Shown here: one piece after another, positions 1-9,981 of the stretch | How the letters are laid out: each line of letters starts with the position of its first letter | How positions within the stretch are numbered: the first letter of the stretch is position 1 | Program-made: the position numbers and the translations under genes | The notes under the pieces: generated by a model | Databases searched by the model: none | The model's input: the letters and a program-made list of their open reading frames with translations, nothing else | What the model was told of the DNA's origin: nothing | IMG/VR virus record: IMGVR_UViG_3300025168_000186 | Span: 1 to 42,025 of that record | Length of the DNA stretch: 42,025 bases | From: a virus | Taxonomy: Duplodnaviria; Caudoviricetes | Direction: 5' to 3' (one strand)

Positions 1-3000
1 GGTAATGCAACATCTGTTGTTCCGTTATTCGTATATACATCACCTTTATTACTTAAAGGACTTGAAGAACCTGCTGTTCCCCAAGAAAGAACTCCTTGAC
101 CATTCGTTTTTAAAACTTGTCCATTAGAACCAGTATTAATTGGGAATGTTAAAGTATAATTTTGTCCTTCAGAATGTGCTGGTGATTTAAGTTTTATACC
201 ATGCGAGTTTTGTGAACAATTTAATTGAATGTATCCATCTGTTGTACCATCTCCTTCTGCAATAATACCAGCATTAGAACTTGTAGAAACTCCAGAAAAG
301 TTACCATCAGTTTTAACTTGTGCTTTTGCTGTTGTTCCCTTAAATGATATAATATTACCAGTTGCACCAGTTGCACCTTTCATAATAAGTTTTATGTCAT
401 CAGTTGCACTTCTAGCTTGTAATAGAATCGAATTATCCCGCAAATCAATCATTGAAGAAACTCCACTATAATATCCAGCAGACCCAAGCTCAGGGGACAT
501 AATTAAATTTATCTTAGCATTTACACTTCCGCCACTTGCATTTAAGTTAATTCCCACTCTGCCATTGGGATTCCCTCCAGCATTTGCATTTATTTTATCC
601 GTTATATGCATTCCTGTTGTAGCGTCCCAAGCTATACTAGCTTGTCTTTCTTGTGAAAAACGACCATATATACCAAACGTAGAAACACTACTACTCGGGT
701 CAGCACCTAACATAATTTTACTATACTTATATTGAGACCCTGTGTTCATTATTTCAATTCCAGCACCACCGGTTCCACCTGGCCTTGTCATTTCAATTCT
801 TCTATAATTAAAAGCCGAAGTATAATATTGCCATCTTGTTCTATCTTGTGCTTTTTGTTCACCATCTACATACGTTCCTAAATCAAATTCTCTTATACTA
901 GTTGCTCCGGCATGTCCGGTATAATATTCGAAAGCATCATAATTTGCAAAATATGGACCTGATGTTGATTGTGTTATCGCACTATTGCCTATGTTTCTAT
1001 CATTACCTAAATATATTCTTCTATAACTTGCGTTACCGTTGAATGCGTCAAGTCTCTTTTGATTATAATTTGCCTTTACATCAAATGTAAAAATATTTCC
1101 AGTTGCCCCTAACTGACCTATACCAGTTACATTAGGAATAAATCCGACCTCTAAAGCACCATTTGCAGTTGCTCCGGTTGCTCCACCTTGAATTCTTATT
1201 CTATTAGGTTTCGGTGTTGTAACTCCTGTTTCAAAAGGGTCATTGACAAAAACTACTGCAGACCCAGCACTTGCTCCGGCTGCACCTTCATAGGTTTTGT
1301 TTATTGCACTTTGAAGATTTCCACCACCGGATATATCAGCTCTATATTTGAATTGTCCTGTTGTTGAATCAACAACTAAAACTCTATCATCACTTGCTGA
1401 ACCAACTGGAACAGTTTCTGCCCAAAAGTTACCATCGGTTTTAACTTGTGCTTTTGTTGTTGTTCCCTTAAATTTTGCATAATTTCCGGTTGCTCCTGTT
1501 GCTCCAATCAAAGTAACTTGTATGTCATCAGTTGCACTTCTAGATTTTAGATTAACATAATTATCTGCCATCATAAAAAATGAAGAAACTCCACTATAAT
1601 GTCCGGCAGAACCCGCCGTAGGAAATACTTTTGCAGTAATGAAATATTTATCGAGTTGAAATTTCGTTTTATCTTCAGCACTTGCCGAACTACTAGCATT
1701 CGTCTTCCTCTCCAAAGTCCATACACCACCATCAATACCCCCATTCAAGTCATAATAGAATCCACCTTGTTCAGATATTCCATGTCTAGCTACTAAATTA
1801 ATTGAAGGCCGTCCAGGAGAAGGTGTATTGGTTTGACTTAACAGAATTTTAGCATACTGATATTGAGAAACAATGTTGTCTAATTTAATAGAGGCACCAC
1901 CAGTTCCACCTGGTCTTGTCATTTCAATTCTTCTATAACTATTTGGTGATTCATAGTATGACCATCTTGTTCTATCTTGTGCCTCTTCACCGTCTGCGTC
2001 ATAAGTACCTAAATCAAATTCTCTTAGTCCAGCTCCTACGTTATTATAACCCGTAACATTGCTTAAATCATTGTTAAAGTTTGATAAATACGGTCCTTTC
2101 GTTTTATCTGTTGCTTCTGGCGGGCTCGGTCTTTTGAAATTTGTACCTAAATAAAATCTTTTTTGTGTTCCCGAAGCATCTACTGAAAGTGCATCTATGG
2201 TAAAATGTTGTCCTGTTACACCGGCAGCTGGTAATCCTACTGCGTTGATGTTTATATCTCTTTCAAATCCGGCCATAAAATAGCCATTTGCAGTTGCTCC
2301 TGTTACTCCCAAAATCACACCAGTTGAACCAAGTGTACTTTGTGGTCCACCTTGAATTCTTATTCTAGTGGGATTCGGTCCTGTAACTCCTGTTTCGAAA
2401 AAGTTATTAACAAGAACTATTGCATTACCGGCACTTGCACCAGTTGAACCTTCAAATGATTTGTTTATTACACTTTGAAAGTCTTGAACTCCTCCCGTTA
2501 CTCCTGTTGCACCTCTTGGTCCTTGAATTCCGGCACCAGTTGCTCCTGTTGCTCCTGTTGCACCTCTTGGTCCTTGAACCGTAGAATCGGCACCAGTAAC
2601 TCCTGTTGCACCTCTTGGTCCAGTAACTCCGGTTGCTCCTGTTGCTCCTGTTGCACCTCTTGGTCCTTGAACCGTAGAATCGGCACCAGTAACTCCGGTT
2701 GCACCTTGTGGTCCCGTAACTCCTGTTGCACCTTGTGGTCCCGTAACTCCTGTTGCACCAGTTACTCCAGCAAGACCGGTTGAACCTATTGGTCCTTGAT
2801 TTCCTTGAATTCCTTGAATTCCGGTTGCTCCTGTTGCACCTTGAATTCCAGTAACTCCTGTTGCACCTTGTGCTCCAGTTGCACCCTTTTCTGAAATTGG
2901 AATCGGTGTTCCTATTCTTGATGGTGTCGCTGTACTATCAATGCTAAGAGTTAAGTTAACACTAGACGCACTTGTTGTTTCGGCAAAAATGTCAACATAT

Positions 3001-4553
3001 AATCTATCGGTAGATGCTACAACATAATCTATCGGATGAATAAGTTCTGCGGTTACTAGTTCTGGTCCGTTTGCAAAATCACTTGTTATAAAAGTACTAT
3101 TTCCAGTTGCAATTTGTGTTTTTACTCCACCTGATGTTATAATTCCTACATCTACTTTAAAGGTATTTGCTACTGTAGCGTTGTTTGTTTTACCAAATAG
3201 AAAAGCTCTAAAAACACCAGATTGTAATGTAGTTAAATTCAAATCTCCAAACGATTTTACATAGGCAAAGTTTTTTATCAAAACTGGAGCTGCGTTTGTT
3301 GTTCCGATTGTTATATCAGTAGTCGTTGCTGTTGAAGGATAATCTGAAAGTATATCGAAATATCCAGAAACCCCACTTGTTGAAGTAATATCAAAATAAT
3401 TTATACTTAATGATGGTGGTCTTCCTTCGGGTCCTGTTGCTCCGGTTGGTCCGCCATCTCCTGGTTCTCCTGTTGCTCCTATGGCACCAGTTACACCAGT
3501 TGCACCTTTTAGTCCTTGAATTCCTTGAATTCCTTGAATTCCTTGAATTCCTTGTTGCCCTGGTAATCCTTCTGCACCTGTATCTCCTGTTGGTCCCGTT
3601 GCTCCAGTTGCACCAACTCCTGGTCCTTGAATTCCTTGAATTCCTTGTGGTCCTGTTGCACCAGTTGCTCCAGTAACTCCTGTTGCGCCTTGTGCTCCTG
3701 TTGGTCCTTGAACCGAAGATGCATTTAATATCCAATTGTTAGCTGCAACATTGTCTGAAAGTGGGGATACGTAATTAGGTGTTGCCAATTCCATTGTACC
3801 ACTAATTTCATCATAACTTACAATTCTAGAAACTTGAAATTGATAAGGTGCTACAAATTTTGCAATTTGAACATATCCTTCTGGCATAAATGCCAATGTT
3901 TTACTATCGTCAGTTAGATTAGGCCTTACAATTATACTAATAGTTCCGGCATTGTTTAATGCAAATGCTGATGTACTAGTTCCTTTAAGTCCTTTTCCAT
4001 CAGGTCCTGGATTTCCTTGTTGTCCCGGAGGACCTTGAACTGTTGACGTTGCTCCCGTTTTTCCGGTTGCTCCAGTTGCCCCTCTTATACTTGCACCAGT
4101 TGCTCCAGTTGCTCCGGTTGCTCCAGTCGGTCCTTGAACATTTGATGAACTACCTTGATTTCCTTGAATTCCTTGTTCTCCTTGTGGTCCTGTTACACCG
4201 GTTGCTCCTGTTGGTCCTTGAACCGTAGAATCTGCTCCGGTTGCACCAATCGGACCCGTTGTTCCTGTTGCACCTTTGATTCCGGTTGCTCCTGTTGCCC
4301 CTTGAATTCCTGGAACTCCTGAACCACCAACGCCAACTTTTGTCCATAAAAGACCATTAAAGGCAGTTGCTGATGTATGGTCATTATTTGATTTATAGAA
4401 ATATGGTCCTGCACCATCATCATACAATACAACCATTCCTTGTTCATATGGTGTATTAGCTTTCCATTCGTTAGTAAAACGAAAATTATTATCTAATTCT
4501 GTTTGTGTTAGTGGTCGGTTTTTATCACCTCTAAAATTAATTTTATCGGACAT
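1..4553 (-). CDS. Large collagen-repeat tail/head fibre protein, 3' end outside the window (>1517 aa); absent from the ORF track
   Basis: Manual translation from ATG 4553 gives [24 protein letters not shown] (typical phage fibre N-terminal motif), then a CBM5/12-like [16 protein letters not shown] segment and three G-X-Y blocks ([12 protein letters not shown]). The same frame gives sensible protein at ~2470, ~1300 and at the window edge ([23 protein letters not shown]...[15 protein letters not shown]). Frame was spot-checked, not read codon by codon. Confidence 0.85.
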   Translation of the reverse strand, partial: MSDKINFRGDKNRPLTQTELDNNFRFTNEWKANTPYEQGMVVLYDDGAGPYFYKSNNDHTSATAFNGLLWTKVGVGGSGVPGIQGATGATGIKGATGTTGPIGATGADSTVQGPTGATGVTGPQGEQGIQGNQGSSSNVQGPTGATGATGATGASIRGATGATGKTGATSTVQGPPGQQGNPGPDGKGLKGTSTSAFALNNAGTISIIVRPNLTDDSKTLAFMPEGYVQIAKFVAPYQFQVSRIVSYDEISGTMELATPNYVSPLSDNVAANNWILNASSVQGPTGAQGATGVTGATGATGPQGIQGIQGPGVGATGATGPTGDTGAEGLPGQQGIQGIQGIQGIQGLKGATGVTGAIGATGEPGDGGPTGATGPEGRPPSLSINYFDITSTSGVSGYFDILSDYPSTATTTDITIGTTNAAPVLIKNFAYVKSFGDLNLTTLQSGVFRAFLFGKTNNATVANTFKVDVGIITSGGVKTQIATGNSTFITSDFANGPELVTAELIHPIDYVVASTDRLYVDIFAETTSASSVNLTLSIDSTATPSRIGTPIPISEKGATGAQGATGVTGIQGATGATGIQGIQGNQGPIGSTGLAGVTGATGVTGPQGATGVTGPQGATGVTGADSTVQGPRGATGATGATGVTGPRGATGVTGADSTVQGPRGATGATGATGAGIQGPRGATGVTGGVQDFQSVINKSFEGSTGASAGNAIVLVNNFFETGVTGPNPTRIRIQGGPQSTLGSTGVILGVTGATANGYFMAGFERDININAVGLPAAGVTGQHFTIDALSVDASGTQKRFYLGTNFKRPSPPEATDKTKGPYLSNFNNDLSNVTGYNNVGAGLREFDLGTYDADGEEAQDRTRWSYYESPNSYRRIEMTRPGGTGGASIKLDNIVSQYQYAKILLSQTNTPSPGRPSINLVARHGISEQGGFYYDLNGGIDGGVWTLERKTNASSSASAEDKTKFQLDKYFITAKVFPTAGSAGHYSGVSSFFMMADNYVNLKSRSATDDIQVTLIGATGATGNYAKFKGTTTKAQVKTDGNFWAETVPVGSASDDRVLVVDSTTGQFKYRADISGGGNLQSAINKTYEGAAGASAGSAVVFVNDPFETGVTTPKPNRIRIQGGATGATANGALEVGFIPNVTGIGQLGATGNIFTFDVKANYNQKRLDAFNGNASYRRIYLGNDRNIGNSAITQSTSGPYFANYDAFEYYTGHAGATSIREFDLGTYVDGEQKAQDRTRWQYYTSAFNYRRIEMTRPGGTGGAGIEIMNTGSQYKYSKIMLGADPSSSVSTFGIYGRFSQERQASIAWDATTGMHITDKINANAGGNPNGRVGINLNASGGSVNAKINLIMSPELGSAGYYSGVSSMIDLRDNSILLQARSATDDIKLIMKGATGATGNIISFKGTTAKAQVKTDGNFSGVSTSSNAGIIAEGDGTTDGYIQLNCSQNSHGIKLKSPAHSEGQNYTLTFPINTGSNGQVLKTNGQGVLSWGTAGSSSPLSNKGDVYTNNGTTDVAL
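200..2480 (-). repeat. Tandem internal duplication of a ~376-aa domain within the fibre gene
   Basis: Matching segments offset by ~1128-1130 nt, e.g. gttccacctggNcttgtcatttcaattcttctataa at ~772 and ~1902, and gttttaacttgtgcttttg at ~311 and ~1438. Confidence 0.85.
2490..4325 (-). repeat. Collagen-like G-X-Y coding repeats in three blocks (~4030-4325, ~3420-3720, ~2490-2890)
   Basis: Exact 65-bp repeat at 2539-2603 and 2632-2696; 27-bp tandem unit at ~2698-2751; ccttgaatt x4 at 3514-3549. Confidence 0.9.
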
Positions 4554-4570
4554 ATTTCAATTATAATTTT

Positions 4571-5098
4571 TTATAAGTCATTTTCTATTGAATCTTGTAT
4601 TCTAGGAATAGTATCAACATAATTTGGACTAATATAACAAGCATCAACATATGTGCTAAGTCTTGTATTTGCCAATGCTACATTTCTATCAAAATTAGAT
4701 AACAAAGATTCTTCTAAGTACTTTATATATTTACTTTTATCAAAACCGTAAAATTCATTTCGATTATAGTCGAATTTAGTCTTGTTTCTTTTAGTAGGTT
4801 TTCTACTTGTTATCTGATAATAAAAGTATTCTGAAAGATAATTAGTAACATTATTTTCAAACTTAATATTTTCTATAAAACAATAATCTCCAACCGCACA
4901 ATATCTATTAGGTCTTAAATTGTCTAAATTTGTTTTATTATCTAAATATAAATCGTTAAGAGTTTTATATTTTTTGAAATAAGTTCCATTTCTTAACTTT
5001 TTGACAACTTTTAGATTGATATCTTTACAAATAAAACCATCTTTTTCTAAATTTGTCAAAAAGTTGTAAATATTTTCTATTAGAGTTATATCTTGCAC
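4571..5098 (-). CDS. Hypothetical protein
   Basis: 175-aa ORF directly upstream of the fibre gene, with ATTAAATA at 5115-5122. Confidence 0.7.
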   Translation of the reverse strand: MQDITLIENIYNFLTNLEKDGFICKDINLKVVKKLRNGTYFKKYKTLNDLYLDNKTNLDNLRPNRYCAVGDYCFIENIKFENNVTNYLSEYFYYQITSRKPTKRNKTKFDYNRNEFYGFDKSKYIKYLEESLLSNFDRNVALANTRLSTYVDACYISPNYVDTIPRIQDSIENDL

Positions 5099-5130
5099 AT
5101 GAAAACTTTTTTATTATTTAATCCAAAAGA

Positions 5131-5157
5131 AAAACCCTAGAACATGTCTAAGGTTTT
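5131..5157 (-). terminator. Probable intrinsic terminator
   Basis: Imperfect inverted repeat aaaaccctaga...tctaaggtttt with A/T tails. Confidence 0.55.
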
Positions 5158-5184
5158 AAAGTACTAATGTAAAATACTATGCTG

Positions 5185-5391
5185 TTATTGTATTATGTAT
5201 TGAAACTTTTTTTCTAAGAGGTTAGATTCTACTTCATCTATTGCGTATATACTACCTTTATCTTCTAATAACATCCAGGTTACGTTGTTTTTACCTTCAA
5301 TAGATTTTTCTACTAATCTTATATAAGAATGTCCCTCATCAAATATGGTATATCTAGTTATGTGTTCTGAATTTTGTAATATCATATCCAA
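5185..5391 (-). CDS. Hypothetical protein
   Basis: 68-aa ORF overlapping the upstream GT stop. Confidence 0.6.
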   Translation of the reverse strand: MDMILQNSEHITRYTIFDEGHSYIRLVEKSIEGKNNVTWMLLEDKGSIYAIDEVESNLLEKKFQYIIQ

Positions 5392-6071
5392 TCTAATTTT
5401 TTTTTGAATTCTCTTATTTTAATTATGCTTAATTCTAAGGAACTTTCAAATATTCTTTCTTTGTGTACACTACCGGAAATATTTTGGTCATGGAAAATAT
5501 AAACATATAGTTCAGGGTCAAATTGTGTTAGTAATTTATCTTCGTTGTATAATCTTTCTAACACCGGGGTATCTTCTCCTTTAGATTTATTTACATACTT
5601 AGGCATTGAACTCTTTTTACATATTAAAGAACCTTCCCAACCCATTTCTTGTCTTTCGAATGTTAATCTCAATTCTTGATATTTATTAGAATAAATTAAA
5701 ATAGAACGCAAAGTACAGGCATCAATATTTTCTTGTAAACAAAACTTTAATTGATTTTTTATTCTATTTTTATCGTAATAATCATCGTCATCCCAAATGC
5801 AAATCCAATTACCCTGTGATTTTGAAATTGCAAAGTTTCTGATTGCACCTAAATATAAACCTTCTTGTTCAACGAACTTATAAAAATAAATATTATTTTT
5901 TTCAAATACCTTTTTATTTTGTTTCAAATAAGATTCAGTTTCCTTATCACCACTATAATAAACAATAATTAATTCTTTATCTTTGTGTGTCTGTTCTGTG
6001 AAATATTTGACACAATTTTTCAAGTGAGGTACTCTATTTCTGGTAACTGTTATACAACTAACTTTATTCAT
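5382..6071 (-). CDS. Glycosyltransferase family 2 (GT-A fold)
   Basis: KVSCITVTRNR N-terminus, LGAIRNFAI and WDDDD (DXD) motifs; start moved to ATG 6071. Confidence 0.88.
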   Translation of the reverse strand: MNKVSCITVTRNRVPHLKNCVKYFTEQTHKDKELIIVYYSGDKETESYLKQNKKVFEKNNIYFYKFVEQEGLYLGAIRNFAISKSQGNWICIWDDDDYYDKNRIKNQLKFCLQENIDACTLRSILIYSNKYQELRLTFERQEMGWEGSLICKKSSMPKYVNKSKGEDTPVLERLYNEDKLLTQFDPELYVYIFHDQNISGSVHKERIFESSLELSIIKIREFKKKLDWI

Positions 6072-6714
6072 AAAAATAAGAATTCCAATGATGAACACAC
6101 CAAGTATCCGATGTGATATTTTCTTTTAATTTTCTAAAATTTTCTGTTCCGAATGGATAGTATGGTGCAGTATCTAAAGGATTTATAAAATTTATACTAC
6201 TATTTCTTTTAAAACTACCATCATTTGAATTAAGAATTGCACATTTACCAAATGTTTTAGGTAATACTTTTTTCAAAACTTTATCAGCAACCCATTTAAA
6301 GGTATCAAATTCATCATCATCATAACTGTTATATTCTTGTATAAGATTTTTCATCAGTCTTGATTTTTTAGGACTAGACATAACATAATTACTTGTAGTA
6401 AATTCAGTTTCTAATGGTAAAGATATTTGTTTATATAGTATTTTAGGAATGGGTTTCAAATGTTCTATGTCTGTATCTAAATAGATACCACCATAATTGT
6501 ATAGTATGTTAGTTCTTATCCAATCTGAATAATATGCATATCGTTTATCGTTCAAAGCGGACTTTGTGAATGCATTTTCTCCAAAGTCATTAGTTGTCCA
6601 CAATTTATATTCAAAATCCGGATTTAATTTCTTTAGTTTTTTTATCCATTTTAAATGATGGTCTGGAATAGGTTTATCGCCTACCCAGACCTGGTGTATA
6701 ATTTTTGGTATCAT
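6064..6714 (-). CDS. Glycosyltransferase, GT32/OCH1-like DXD family
   Basis: MIPKIIHQVW, SDWIR..LY.YGGIYLDTD and C-terminal HHW motifs. Confidence 0.9.
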   Translation of the reverse strand: MIPKIIHQVWVGDKPIPDHHLKWIKKLKKLNPDFEYKLWTTNDFGENAFTKSALNDKRYAYYSDWIRTNILYNYGGIYLDTDIEHLKPIPKILYKQISLPLETEFTTSNYVMSSPKKSRLMKNLIQEYNSYDDDEFDTFKWVADKVLKKVLPKTFGKCAILNSNDGSFKRNSSINFINPLDTAPYYPFGTENFRKLKENITSDTWCVHHWNSYFYE

Positions 6715-7820
6715 TAAAATAACTTTTTATAACTCTTAAAATCTGCTTTTCCTATATTGTTATTGATTGAACCTATTACATAGGAACTAATTTCAGTTTC
6801 TTGTGGTGCAACTTGAATTGCTTTTGAATCTGTCCAATTCTTAATCCACGGAATAGGATTCTTTGTTCTTTCAAAGATTGGTTCTAATCCTACTATTTTC
6901 ATTCTTTGATTAGTCAAGAACATCATATACTTTTTAAGAATTTCAGAATTCAATCCTATCATTTCACCATCTTTGAAAAGGTAATTTGCCCATTCGATTT
7001 CTTCTTGTGCTGCATCTCTATACATTTGTATAACAGTTTCTTCACATTCTTCTACGATATGTTGAAATCCTTCACTTGGTTCGTTTCTTAACTTTTTGAT
7101 AACGGATTGTGTAAATCCTAAGTGTAGATTTTCATCTCTTTGAATTAATTGAATAATCTTAGCATTTCCTTCCATTAATTTTCTTTCTGCAAAACCATAT
7201 GCACAAGCAAAAGAAACATAAAATCTAATTCCTTCTAAAATGTTTATTGATACTAGTGTTAGATAAAATTGTTTTTTGATTTCATCTTCTGTTGCATTTT
7301 TGTCTGCAGTTTTTTCTATCAATTCATCATAGTACTTAGTTACGGAAGATGCTCTTTTTAGAATTTCCTCATCATTCAATATTTCATCAAATACTTCACT
7401 TGGTTTACTGAAAAGATTCATAATAATCCAACTGTAACTGTAACTATGAATTGTTTCTTGAAATTCCCAGGCTTTACCGAATGCTTCTATTTCTGGATTT
7501 GATGCATAGTCAATAATATTGTGAATACCTCTACCTTGTACAGAATCTAAAAGAATTTGATATGAAAGATTTTTAACAAATATATGTTTTTGAGCATCTG
7601 ACATTTTATTCCAATCAGCAGTTTCGTTATCTAAAGAAACCTCTTCCGGTCTCCAAAAGAAACTTAATTGTTGTTTAAAAAATTCAAGATTAGATTTGTA
7701 TCTTGTTTTATCATATCTTTGTAAATTCAATCCTTTTCCAAAAAACATAGGTTCTTTAGTGTGGTCAATGTTAAGTTTGTTAATAACTGATTTTACGTAT
7801 TCTTTTGTATCTTCTATCAT
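6714..7820 (-). CDS. nrdB: Ribonucleotide reductase class Ia beta subunit
   Basis: FFWRPEEV, LDSVQGR, ETIHSYSY, LEGIRFYVSFAC, RDENLH and QVAPQETE motifs. Confidence 0.97.
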   Translation of the reverse strand: MIEDTKEYVKSVINKLNIDHTKEPMFFGKGLNLQRYDKTRYKSNLEFFKQQLSFFWRPEEVSLDNETADWNKMSDAQKHIFVKNLSYQILLDSVQGRGIHNIIDYASNPEIEAFGKAWEFQETIHSYSYSWIIMNLFSKPSEVFDEILNDEEILKRASSVTKYYDELIEKTADKNATEDEIKKQFYLTLVSINILEGIRFYVSFACAYGFAERKLMEGNAKIIQLIQRDENLHLGFTQSVIKKLRNEPSEGFQHIVEECEETVIQMYRDAAQEEIEWANYLFKDGEMIGLNSEILKKYMMFLTNQRMKIVGLEPIFERTKNPIPWIKNWTDSKAIQVAPQETEISSYVIGSINNNIGKADFKSYKKLF

Positions 7821-7888
7821 AGTGATTTATTTCTTTAGTAATTAAATGTTTTTATATTTGTAAATATTTTATAATTTGAATAATTATT

Positions 7889-8173
7889 TTATGGTATAGT
7901 AGCTGGTTCTATTTTTATTATGTCTGAACACAAAACGTGCTTAGTATTACCACTGATTACGATTGCTGAAGACACAATAAATTGTTCTTTTATTAGGTAA
8001 TAATCTACACTATATTTTGTTTTTACCGATTTTGTTCCTCCTATATCGTTTATTGCAATTTCTGTAAAGGATGAAACCGTTCCTGTATATTTTTCAACGA
8101 TTTCTCCTTCTATAATAATTTCGGATGATGCTAATTTATCGTATATTGTTAATTTCTTTGTAGTTCCTACCAT
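7889..8173 (-). CDS. Hypothetical protein
   Basis: Likely start is ATG 8173 (MVGTTKK), just downstream of ATTAAATA; the longer annotated start lies inside a hairpin region. Confidence 0.65.
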   Translation of the reverse strand: MVGTTKKLTIYDKLASSEIIIEGEIVEKYTGTVSSFTEIAINDIGGTKSVKTKYSVDYYLIKEQFIVSSAIVISGNTKHVLCSDIIKIEPATIP

Positions 8174-8187
8174 AATATATTTAATGC

Positions 8188-8267
8188 AAAAAAAGAGAAC
8201 CGTAGCGACACTGTTCTCTTTAAACACCTACCGAAGCAAGTAACTTTTACGGTCCTAAACGTAAAAA
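8188..8267 (-). other. Structured intergenic RNA element: two hairpins (one with a cUUCGg loop) followed by a terminator
   Basis: Minus strand: TTTTACG/CGTAAAA stem; ACTTGC-TTCG-GTAGGT; AAGAGAAC...GTTCTCTT followed by a U-tract. Confidence 0.6.
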
Positions 8268-8271
8268 TATT

Positions 8272-8679
8272 TTAATTGTATTCTATTGTACCAGATAACT
8301 GAATACTAGATTTTAATTTTTTCCAATTCGTTATATCATTAGACATAACTGGTTTACCACCATTATCAACATTTACAGCAATAGTTACATGTGGTATATC
8401 TTTGTCAGAATAATAACCTTCAACTTTTACAGCAATTGCCATATCTGATATTCCGATTTCTGTTGCTTTAATAACTTTAGTTTTACCAATATCACCTTGT
8501 AGGTTTTGAGACAAACCTTTATTTAAACTTATGGTCATATGGTGTGCAAATATTTTCCAGTCTTTTGGAATATATTCCTTTGTTTCTTTTATCAATTTTT
8601 CGTGTGAATCTTTGTCTAATGTTAGACCAACAAATCGAGTACCTTTTTTCTCGTTCAAAAATTCGTTTAGTCCTTTCAT
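8272..8679 (-). CDS. 2H phosphoesterase (cyclic phosphodiesterase-like) with capsid-targeting-like leader
   Basis: Two HxT motifs (HMT, HVT); leader MKGLNEFLNE. Confidence 0.8.
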   Translation of the reverse strand: MKGLNEFLNEKKGTRFVGLTLDKDSHEKLIKETKEYIPKDWKIFAHHMTISLNKGLSQNLQGDIGKTKVIKATEIGISDMAIAVKVEGYYSDKDIPHVTIAVNVDNGGKPVMSNDITNWKKLKSSIQLSGTIEYN

Positions 8680-8685
8680 AACTAT

Positions 8686-9144
8686 TTATTTACGCCAGTC
8701 CCAAACACTGTCTTTGTTTTTAACTCTAGAAAGACTACCATAGTCAATATATGTTCCTCTATTTATAAAAAGTACTTTATCATATAATAGGGCATCACCA
8801 AAGTTATCTCCAAAAGAATTAGATACCTGGCCATATTCTTTAGCACCTTTTTCTTTAAGAAACTCAAAAAATTTAGAAATCATTTCTAATTTTATGTTTT
8901 GATTAGGTTCAAGATTTCCTTTACGCATTGGTTTAGGAACTATTGAATCCATTTCTTTGCTTTTTTTACCATCACCTCTTTTATACCATTGATGTTTTAT
9001 TTTTTGTTCAGGAACAATAACGAATCCACTTTCTAAATATGAATCATCACTTTCATCGTTAAATTCCATAGAAATAGTATAAGCTACTTTCATTAGTCTT
9101 TCTTCAACTTTACTCTCATTCAAAAATTCGTTTATTCCTTTCAT
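8686..9144 (-). CDS. Leader-bearing putative internal head protein, function unknown
   Basis: Leader MKGINEFLNE. Confidence 0.75.
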   Translation of the reverse strand: MKGINEFLNESKVEERLMKVAYTISMEFNDESDDSYLESGFVIVPEQKIKHQWYKRGDGKKSKEMDSIVPKPMRKGNLEPNQNIKLEMISKFFEFLKEKGAKEYGQVSNSFGDNFGDALLYDKVLFINRGTYIDYGSLSRVKNKDSVWDWRK

Positions 9145-9152
9145 AACTATTT

Positions 9153-9353
9153 TTATTTTTCACAATCTTCACAAGCTTCACAGTCACAGTCACAATCAAC
9201 AGTTTTAAAACTACTAATTAATCTTTGAACTCCAAATCCAAGTGCAATTCCAAAAGGAAACCAATTTCCATAAAATGCAAATCCAGCCGCAACTGCAAAT
9301 GCAAAAATCGAGTTGAACCAACCCGAATTAACTACTTTTTTAATCTTATTCAT
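9153..9353 (-). CDS. Small membrane protein with a Cys/acidic tail
   Basis: Two hydrophobic segments; C-terminus DCDCDCEACEDCEK. Confidence 0.7.
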   Translation of the reverse strand: MNKIKKVVNSGWFNSIFAFAVAAGFAFYGNWFPFGIALGFGVQRLISSFKTVDCDCDCEACEDCEK

Positions 9354-9387
9354 ATCTATTATTTATTTTTAAAGAATTTATCATATT

Positions 9388-9651
9388 CTATTTAACTATT
9401 TCATTATACATTTGAGTTGCCAATTGAGCAATTTCTGATTTAAAGGCCACTTTCATATCGTGAGGTAAATGACCAGCAAATTTCTCAACAACACTGTGAG
9501 CTTTGATTCCCATAATTATACCTTCTGCTTTTTCCTTTGATTCAGAAACAGCAATTCCAACATAACCTTTCTTTACTAAACTTTGAATTTTAGTTTTAGT
9601 TCCTTTAACTGCAAAGAAATCTCCATCTTTTGATAATACGCAATATGCCAT
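9388..9651 (-). CDS. Hypothetical protein (probably early)
   Basis: 87-aa ORF; start context matches that of 25461-25964. Confidence 0.7.
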   Translation of the reverse strand: MAYCVLSKDGDFFAVKGTKTKIQSLVKKGYVGIAVSESKEKAEGIIMGIKAHSVVEKFAGHLPHDMKVAFKSEIAQLATQMYNEIVK

Positions 9652-9672
9652 AGTAGTAAGTTTTAAGTTTAG

Positions 9673-9882
9673 TTATTTTTTAAGTTTTTGATAGTAAAGT
9701 TTCAAGTTTAGGTAGCGTTCTCCCTCTTCGTAATGCCATGCTTCTCTAACCCAGTTTTCTTTTTCTAATGGGTCGTAACCTATGATAAATTTGTAATCTT
9801 TTTCACTTACAAATTCTTTAGTATTAACTAAATTTTCATATCTTTGATATTCTATTAAATTTTCGTAATCTATTTCTGTCAT
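9673..9882 (-). CDS. Hypothetical protein (probably early)
   Basis: Start moved to ATG 9882 (MTEIDYEN), downstream of the promoter-stem-loop repeat. Confidence 0.7.
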   Translation of the reverse strand: MTEIDYENLIEYQRYENLVNTKEFVSEKDYKFIIGYDPLEKENWVREAWHYEEGERYLNLKLYYQKLKK

Positions 9883-9895
9883 TTTTTGTAGTATT

Positions 9896-9968
9896 AAAGT
9901 TAAACAATAAGTTGATGACCTCATCAACAATTACAATGTACGAATAAATATTGACATTTGCAACTTTT
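9896..9968 (-). promoter_or_regulatory. Repeated early-promoter plus stem-loop element, copy 1
   Basis: AAAAGTTGCA...TACATTG followed by the hairpin GTTGATGA-GG-TCATCAAC (9911-9928). Confidence 0.75.
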
Positions 9969-9981
9969 CGAGCACATATGA

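Noticed and set aside
200-2480. Diversity-generating retroelement TR/VR pair
   Set aside because: Both copies are in-frame coding, the differences include indels and are not adenine-specific, and no reverse transcriptase is present.
229-4447. Short ORFs listed in the track (Gln/Leu/Cys/Arg-rich)
   Set aside because: They are alternative-frame and antisense shadows of the collagen fibre gene.
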